A stretch of DNA of 15,039 nt from an uncultured Myxococcales bacterium (GTDB lineage: Bacteria > Myxococcota > UBA4151), in assembly GCA_964013405.1 (NCBI GenBank), contig CAXGWI010000088.1, forward strand, positions 1 through 15,039, given 5' to 3'. The notes below the pieces were generated by a model. It did not search any database and was not told where the DNA came from. It saw nothing but the letters and a program-made list of their open reading frames with translations. The translations under genes and the position numbers were made by a program. This document shows, piece by piece, positions 5,830 through 15,039 of the stretch (positions within the stretch are counted from its first letter, which is position 1; every line of letters starts with the position of its first letter).

Positions 5830-8511
5830 GTGGCTGGAAGTGGAATCTTCTTGAGTCAGCCGCCGACCGATAACCGACCCTCCATTCCCGACGATAACCG
5901 GATCGTGTCGGTCCTGTTCGCGGATGTCTGCGGCTTCACAGGCCTTGCGGAGCATCTGGAGCCGGAAGTCGTCAGTGAACTGTTGAATGGTTGCTACCAA
6001 GGCCTCGCAACCGAGGTGCATCGCTTTGGCGGTTTCGTCGACAAGTACATCGGTGACTGCATGATGGTGCTTTTCGGCGCGCCCTCAGGGCACGGAAACG
6101 ACGCTGAGCGTGCGGTCCAGGCCAGTTTGGCCCTCCAGGACTTCATGGCTTCCTATTCTGAGCAGAGTCGGGCGCTGATCGGTGAACCGCTGCGGATTCG
6201 AGTCGGTATTGCCACCGGCAAGGTCTTCGCAGGATGGATCGGTCATGAGGGGGCCCGAAGTTACACGGTGATCGGCGATGTGGTGAATATCGCCCAGCGA
6301 CTTGAGGGGGAAGCGGAGCCGGGCACGGTGCTGATCGCCGAAACCACATACCGTCATGTACGGGGGCTGTTTCCCTGCTCGGCTCGAGGTCAGTTAGCCG
6401 TGCGCGGTCGGGAACAGCCGGTCAACGCGTTTACAGTCGAAGGCGGCCGGTCGAGGTTCGCAGTTCGGATCGGGAGCCGTCATCTCTACGGTGCGGAAGT
6501 CGCGTTCATGGGTCGGGATGAAGAACTGGCCCGGTTGAAGTCGATCTGGCGAGCTTGTTGCGAGCAACGGCGCGGTTATGCGGTGAGCGTCACTGGTAGT
6601 GAAGGGCAGGGAAAGAGCCGCCTCGTTCACGAATTACTCAAAGAACTGAGCCAGGATCACGTTGCGCCAGCGGTCGGTATCGGCGCTTGTAGCCACCATG
6701 GTCGGGCGCCTTTAGAGGCTTTCGAGGAGATTATTCTGGGTCTGGTTGGCTGTCATCGCCGGGAGGCAGCGGATGTTGTCGTTGGCGAGATTGGCCGGGT
6801 CGTCGATCTGGCGATTGCCGACCGGGAACGGGCTCGGGAGGTCACCCAGGAACTGACCTGGCTTCTTGGGCTGGAATCCGAGGGTAGCGCAGGGGTGCGG
6901 CGAGAATCAGCCTTTGGTGCCATCGGGGACTTGTTAGAGGGCTTGTGCCGGCATCAGCCGATCCTTCTCGTCCTTGAGGACTTGCATTGGGCCGCACCTC
7001 AGACTCGGTCGCTGATTCGCTTCCTCAGTCTGCGCTTGCAGGAGCGTCCTGTCCTCATCTTCTGCTGTGCTCGACCTGTCTTCCATGATCGGGAACCGGA
7101 GTGGGGTACGGACCTGGTCCGTCACGAGCATCTCGAACTGAACCCCTTGGACCAAGAGTCCACACAAGATTTGGTGGAGCACCTTCTCCGGTATTTGGAC
7201 CCACCGGCACCTGAGATGGTGCGTTTGATCACCGACCAAAGCGATGGGAACCCCTTCTACGTGGAAGAATTGATCCGCGACCTGATCGATCGAGGAACGA
7301 TTGACGTGTTGGATACGACCCTGTGGCGAGTGGCTGATACGGTGTCCAATTTAGAGGTTCCTGCCAGCGTAGAGGGCGTGCTTCAGGCTCGCTTGGATCG
7401 GCTCAGCGCCCGGGCCCGCGAAGTTCTTCAGCAAGGGGCTGTCGTTGGTCGTCGCTTTACCCGCTCCGCTCTAAAAGCGCTTGGCTCTCTCGAAGGGACC
7501 GGTCTGGACGATGCGCTCTCCGAGTTGGAGCAAAAGGAACTGGTCTTTCGGCGTATCGAGGACAACCAGGCCGGTGATGAGTCGTTCATCTTCAAGCAGA
7601 ATCTGGTTCGGGATGTGGCCTACGAGAACCTCCTCAAACGACAGCGGACGAGTTATCATCGGGCGCTGGCCCAGTGGATGGAATCCCGCCGGCGACAGGA
7701 GACGACCCGAAGCGACGAGGCGCTGATCGGCCACCACTTCGAACTGGGCGGCTGTCCCGAGCAATCCATTCAGGCCTATCTCCGGGGTGCTCGCTATGGT
7801 GAGCAGCTTTTTGCTTTGGAGGAGAGCCGGCGGGCTTATGACTGTGCACGTCGGGTCCTCGATGGATCTCCAGACCTCGGCTGGGACCTGCGCCTTCCGG
7901 GGACGGACATCTACGCGGCGCTCGCTGTTGAAATGGGGGAAGCCCGCGTTCGGCTGGGAACCGGAGAGTTTCCAATCGCTGAGGCAGCCTGTGAGCGGGC
8001 CGAGGCGTTGATGCGTAAGAGGGCCAGCGTTTTTGGCTCAGGACGAACCTTGCTGATCCGCGGCGAACTGGCCATGAAGACCCATAAAAACGGGCCAGGT
8101 GACAGTGTCGTCTCAGACCTTGCTATCTGTGCTCGCGATACCGCCCTCGCGGCCGGGGATCAGAGCACGGAACTGTCCGCACGCATCCTCTTGTTGGAGG
8201 AGTCGATCTCCCGCGGAGATCTGCAGCAGGGCTTGTCGGAGTTGCCCGCGATCGATCGACTCTTACGAGGGACCGTTGTCGCGCCCCGTCAAGGGGCTCG
8301 CTTGAGCGAGTTGAGGGCTCAGGTACTCCATCGGACCGGTGATTATGGGGCCGCTGAGCAGGTTTTGCGGGAGGCCTTGGAGGACTGGGAGGAGGGGCTT
8401 CGTGAACCGGACCGGCGACGACGACTGCTGACCCAGTTGGCCCAGATTATGGATCACCGGGGCGAACAAAGCGATGCGGCATCCCTGCGGGAGGAGGCTG
8501 AACGCCTTTAG
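5830..8511 (+). CDS. Class III adenylate cyclase fused to a STAND/AAA NTPase and a C-terminal TPR-like helical region
   Basis: Cyclase motifs VLFADVCGFT, VDKYIGDC and YTVIGDVVNIAQRLE. GRDEEL, Walker A GSEGQGKS (6595-6618), Walker B LLVLEDLHW (6964-6990), GNPFY and ARLDRL are typical of cyclase-STAND proteins. The start codon is uncertain (GTG 5830 or TTG 5851). Confidence 0.92.
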   Translation: MAGSGIFLSQPPTDNRPSIPDDNRIVSVLFADVCGFTGLAEHLEPEVVSELLNGCYQGLATEVHRFGGFVDKYIGDCMMVLFGAPSGHGNDAERAVQASLALQDFMASYSEQSRALIGEPLRIRVGIATGKVFAGWIGHEGARSYTVIGDVVNIAQRLEGEAEPGTVLIAETTYRHVRGLFPCSARGQLAVRGREQPVNAFTVEGGRSRFAVRIGSRHLYGAEVAFMGRDEELARLKSIWRACCEQRRGYAVSVTGSEGQGKSRLVHELLKELSQDHVAPAVGIGACSHHGRAPLEAFEEIILGLVGCHRREAADVVVGEIGRVVDLAIADRERAREVTQELTWLLGLESEGSAGVRRESAFGAIGDLLEGLCRHQPILLVLEDLHWAAPQTRSLIRFLSLRLQERPVLIFCCARPVFHDREPEWGTDLVRHEHLELNPLDQESTQDLVEHLLRYLDPPAPEMVRLITDQSDGNPFYVEELIRDLIDRGTIDVLDTTLWRVADTVSNLEVPASVEGVLQARLDRLSARAREVLQQGAVVGRRFTRSALKALGSLEGTGLDDALSELEQKELVFRRIEDNQAGDESFIFKQNLVRDVAYENLLKRQRTSYHRALAQWMESRRRQETTRSDEALIGHHFELGGCPEQSIQAYLRGARYGEQLFALEESRRAYDCARRVLDGSPDLGWDLRLPGTDIYAALAVEMGEARVRLGTGEFPIAEAACERAEALMRKRASVFGSGRTLLIRGELAMKTHKNGPGDSVVSDLAICARDTALAAGDQSTELSARILLLEESISRGDLQQGLSELPAIDRLLRGTVVAPRQGARLSELRAQVLHRTGDYGAAEQVLREALEDWEEGLREPDRRRRLLTQLAQIMDHRGEQSDAASLREEAERL

Positions 8512-8519
8512 GGAGCCTC

Positions 8520-11803
<3,284 letters not shown>

Positions 11804-11807
<4 letters not shown>

Positions 11808-12256
11808 AACGGGTTTGCGTTCTCGGTTTTCTCCTGCTCCTCGCCCGACATGCCAGCGCATATGACGGGCAGATCGGGGATTCTTTGGTGGAACTTCGCC
11901 TGAGTCCATCGGAGCAGAGCTTGAGCTTTGGCCAGTTCCTTTCGCCTCTCGTACCCGTCTCCCTCGTGGTCGGTGGTTCCGCCGCTGGGGCCGGGAATGG
12001 GGCACCGGTTGCCTCATTGAGCATGCGGATCGGTTACGAAGGTCATCACGAGGGCTCAGCCCTCATTCCCCGGGCGTCTGCTGATATCGGCATGGGCTTT
12101 GACCAGGCTCAGGGCGTGGGCGCGGTCTTCGGGCTGCGTGGCGGTGGGGCTTGGTACCTGATTCGATCCTTTGGTCTGGGTTTCGATCTCGGGCTTCATC
12201 GAAGGGTAGGCAGTTTCCGTTTGGATGGGGGTGTCATCCTTCTTGGGCGGTTCTAG
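11804..12256 (+). CDS. Small secreted protein, probable outer-membrane beta-barrel (150 aa)
   Basis: TTGA overlap; signal peptide MKRVCVLGFLLLLARHASA. Gly-rich alternating strands (SLSMRIGYE, RASADIGMGF, FGLRGGGAWY, FGLGFDLGLH) and a C-terminal Phe. Confidence 0.65.
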
Positions 12257-12328
12257 GGTGCTGCGGACAAACGACCGATTCCGTCTCTGGAGGCCTTCAT
12301 CTAGGCTGTTACCGGAGCGTCCTGTTTC

Positions 12329-13852
12329 ATGACTCGACTCATGCCATTGGCCCTGTGCATCTTCGTTGCGTGCGATGGAGAGAAGCAGGGACCGGTCCGC
12401 CTCGCGTTGGGGGCAACGTGCACGGTCGGTGGGGACAACGCTTGTGCCAGCGGATACTGCGCCAAGTTGGATACGGGCTCGAAGATCTGCTCCCAGCCTT
12501 GCAACGCTGCGGTGACCTGCCCCATGGGCTGGACTTGTCGTGAGGATTCTGACCCGCCCCTGTGCGTACCTGTGGCTTCGAGTCGACGCTGCACTTCCGA
12601 TGAAGATTGCCCCATGGCCCACGTGTGTAGTGCGGAGGGGCCCTGTCTCGTCCCGGCCCAGCGGCAACGCTGTGCGCCCTGTTCCGGTAGCGAACAGTGT
12701 GCAGAGGGGTTTTCTTGCGAGCGGCCGCAGCCTGGGGCTCCAGAAGCCTGCCTGAAAATCTGCATAAAGGACGACGACTGTCTCGCTGGGTCCTGCACGG
12801 ATGGGCGTTGTCGGCCTGACGCAGGCTGCGGGCGCGGTAGCGACCTATGCAAACCCTGTGTGACCGACGTGGAGTGTGGCAGCCAGAACGACTTTTGCGT
12901 CCGGAATCTTGTGAGCGGTGAGCGACATTGTGCCAGTGCCTGTGAGGTGGCCGCTGATTGCCCAGGGGGCTTTCTCTGCCAGGCCTTCGATGGGGGCCGA
13001 CAATGCGTTCCCTCCGACGGCCGCTGCGAAGCTCGCTGTCTTGGGGATGAAGCCTGTCCCGATGGGTTCCAGTGTGTCGATGGGCGATGCGCTCGCCGAG
13101 GCGGTTTCGAGGGACTCTGCGCACCATGCACGAGCGACGTGGAATGTGCCGAAGGGGTCTGCCTGGAGAACCCAGTCCGGGGCTTGAGAGCCTGCGCACC
13201 GCTCTGTGGTCCGGATGGTACCTGCCCGGAAGGGGGAACCTGTCTCTCGATGGATACAGGCCAGGCGGTCTGCGTGCCGCGCACGGGGCAGTGTCCTGTG
13301 GGCGTCGGTGCTGTGGGCTCTCGTTGTCACGCCGACACCCAATGCGCTTCTGGACTTTGCCTCTTCCAGGGGCAGGAGCAGCGGGGTGGGCGGTGTGTGC
13401 GTTCTTGCCCCTGCGGGGAAGGGGAGCGGTGCCTTGTTTTGGAATCGGGTGAGGCCTCCGTTTGTGTTCAGGGCAGTGGGCAGGATGGTGACCGGTGTAA
13501 TCATCCCGTCGATTGCGACGGTGCGTTTTGTCTCCATTTAGCGACAGAGTCGATTTGCAGTCGGTCGTGCACAGGGGACGAGGGCTGCGCTGCGGGATGG
13601 GTCTGCGCTCAGACCGCCGGTGATGAAAAGGCCTGCATGCCGTTCACCGGCGGCGGTATGGTGGGCGCCGATTGCTCTCTCGGCCCCGTCGCCTGCGCCA
13701 GTGGTCGCTGCCTGGTACGCACCGGTGGCGCTGTGTGCACAGCCGCCTGCGTTGATGACTCCGATTGTCCTGAGAACTGGGCCTGCCGCATGACCGATGG
13801 TCGCGGCACGACGTCTGCCGAGCGGGTTTGTAGCCCAGTGGAGACGTTCTGA
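12329..13852 (+). CDS. Cysteine-rich modular repeat lipoprotein (507 aa, 72 Cys by manual count)
   Basis: GGAG RBS upstream; lipobox FVAC. Repeated CxxDxxC, CASGxC, CPxGWxC and CxPC motifs. Confidence 0.88.
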   Translation: MTRLMPLALCIFVACDGEKQGPVRLALGATCTVGGDNACASGYCAKLDTGSKICSQPCNAAVTCPMGWTCREDSDPPLCVPVASSRRCTSDEDCPMAHVCSAEGPCLVPAQRQRCAPCSGSEQCAEGFSCERPQPGAPEACLKICIKDDDCLAGSCTDGRCRPDAGCGRGSDLCKPCVTDVECGSQNDFCVRNLVSGERHCASACEVAADCPGGFLCQAFDGGRQCVPSDGRCEARCLGDEACPDGFQCVDGRCARRGGFEGLCAPCTSDVECAEGVCLENPVRGLRACAPLCGPDGTCPEGGTCLSMDTGQAVCVPRTGQCPVGVGAVGSRCHADTQCASGLCLFQGQEQRGGRCVRSCPCGEGERCLVLESGEASVCVQGSGQDGDRCNHPVDCDGAFCLHLATESICSRSCTGDEGCAAGWVCAQTAGDEKACMPFTGGGMVGADCSLGPVACASGRCLVRTGGAVCTAACVDDSDCPENWACRMTDGRGTTSAERVCSPVETF

Positions 13853-14952
13853 TGCGTGGCGTGCTGCTGATCCTCGCGATGCCCTGGTTCGCTGGCTGCG
13901 AAGAGGAAGTTCTCATCAGTCAACAACGGGAAGTGCTGAGTAGTGGTAGCCCGTGGGGGAGTGACGGAGCCTCGGCCGCCCGGGTCGAAGCGGCCGACCT
14001 TTCGGGCTACGAACGATCTGGGCCATGGACGATCGAGCGATTTCGGACCCGTCCCATCGAAAAACTGGACCTCATCTGGGTGATCGACTCGAGTCAGTCC
14101 ATGGACGAAGAGCAGGTCAAGATCGCCCGCTCGTTGGCCCGTTTTCGGGAGGTGATCGCAGACCGTCGGGTCGATGGCCGGTTTGGGGTTACGACGATGG
14201 ACCTCGGTGGTGAGGGGAGTTGTTTGCGAGAGGTCGGTGGACATCGCTGGTTTGATACGGGCGAGAACTTTGACTTGGCGATGGATCGGTTTACTGAGGC
14301 TGTTCAGGTGGGGACTGCCGGCAGTACGACGGAGGCTGGCGTCCTTGCTGCCTTGGTCGCAGCCACCGGGGATCGGGAGTGTAATGCCGGTTTTCGTCGG
14401 GAAGGGGCGGCCCTGGAATTCGTCTTTGTCAGTGATGAAGAGGATCAAAGCCCGTTGTCCCTTGAGACGGCCATGCGGTGGCTCAATATGCTTGAAGCGA
14501 GGGTTCATGCCGTCGTTGGCTCCAGCGATCGGGATCTAGGCGACGGCCGCCGAGGCTGTATTCATCCGGACCCAGACCCCCTGCGAGCCTTCTCTGACTT
14601 TAGTCAGGAGGAACGTAGCGGTCTTGACACAATTGCTGCGCTCGGGCAGCGATACCGCACCTTAGCCGCCGTCACTGGGGGCCTCGCGACGTCTATTTGC
14701 TCAGAGGACTTTGCGGAGCCCGTTGCCCAGGTGGCACTTGAAAGTGCGGGGGCGAGGCAGAGATATGGGCTGAGTAGTGAGCCCGACCCGGAGACGATAA
14801 CGGTGCAGGTAGACGGTGTGACTCGAGCGGAAACAGAAGCGGGGGCAACCTTCGGTTGGTGGTACGAGGCAGAGTCACAGAGCATTTTGTTTGGTCGGGA
14901 TGACATTCCCGAGTGGCCGTCGCAGGTTGCGGTTCGCTACATGGCGCTTTGA
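13852..14952 (+). CDS. vWA (MIDAS) domain lipoprotein (366 aa), broadly reminiscent of myxobacterial CglB-type adhesins
   Basis: TGATG overlap; lipobox FAGC. DLIWVIDSSQSMDEEQ gives the MIDAS DxSxS (14086-14100), followed by VFVSDEEDQS (SDEED at 14431-14445) and a short C-terminal beta-rich domain (PDPETITVQVDG...WWYE...ILF). Confidence 0.85.
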   Translation: MRGVLLILAMPWFAGCEEEVLISQQREVLSSGSPWGSDGASAARVEAADLSGYERSGPWTIERFRTRPIEKLDLIWVIDSSQSMDEEQVKIARSLARFREVIADRRVDGRFGVTTMDLGGEGSCLREVGGHRWFDTGENFDLAMDRFTEAVQVGTAGSTTEAGVLAALVAATGDRECNAGFRREGAALEFVFVSDEEDQSPLSLETAMRWLNMLEARVHAVVGSSDRDLGDGRRGCIHPDPDPLRAFSDFSQEERSGLDTIAALGQRYRTLAAVTGGLATSICSEDFAEPVAQVALESAGARQRYGLSSEPDPETITVQVDGVTRAETEAGATFGWWYEAESQSILFGRDDIPEWPSQVAVRYMAL

Positions 14953-15002
14953 TTCGAAGGACGTAATTGTTGACGCGCGCGACCCGAAAAGGAGTGATGC
15001 GC

Positions 15003-15039
15003 ATGAGGTTGATGACGACTTTGGGGCTTCTGGCTCTCT
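15003..15039 (+). CDS. 5' end (partial) of a probable secreted protein or lipoprotein
   Basis: AAGGAG RBS at 14989-14994, ATG at 15003 (alternative in-frame ATG at 14997), reading MRLMTTLGLLAL, which resembles a signal peptide. Runs off the window. Confidence 0.6.
   Translation, partial: MRLMTTLGLLAL

Noticed and set aside
12329..13852. Multiheme cytochrome c or ferredoxin interpretation of the Cys-rich protein
   Set aside because: The CxxC motifs (CAPC, CKPC, CAPC) are followed by S, V and T rather than H, and no CxxCxxCxxxC pattern is present. An exported disulfide-rich protein fits better.
12301..14508. Long minus-strand ORFs (12301-13284, 12339-13199, 12845-13537, 13609-14508)
   Set aside because: They lie antisense to the well-supported Cys-rich and vWA lipoprotein genes and show no recognisable motifs. 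Long shadow ORFs are expected in GC-rich DNA.

Overview
GC-rich bacterial chromosomal segment, most consistent with a Myxococcota/deltaproteobacterial lineage (MYXO-CTERM-like tail, Cys-rich and vWA lipoproteins, cyclase-STAND protein); the taxonomy is inference. In order: the 3' end of a MYXO-CTERM-type surface protein gene (1-204, missed by the ORF track); a stand-alone PilZ gene; five tandem, translationally coupled, divergent paralogous lipoprotein genes of a family I do not recognise (617-4332), running directly into mnmA; a sigma-54 promoter ahead of a 56-aa small protein; a class III adenylate cyclase-STAND ATPase-helical repeat gene convergent with a calcineurin-like metallophosphoesterase; enolase; a coiled-coil protein with a YxGPERR motif; a small putative outer-membrane beta-barrel; a modular 72-Cys lipoprotein; a vWA/MIDAS lipoprotein; and the start of another probably secreted protein. 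No rRNA, tRNA, CRISPR array or mobile element was seen. The most novel-looking element is the five-gene lipoprotein array, with a conserved scaffold and a variable four-Cys insert.
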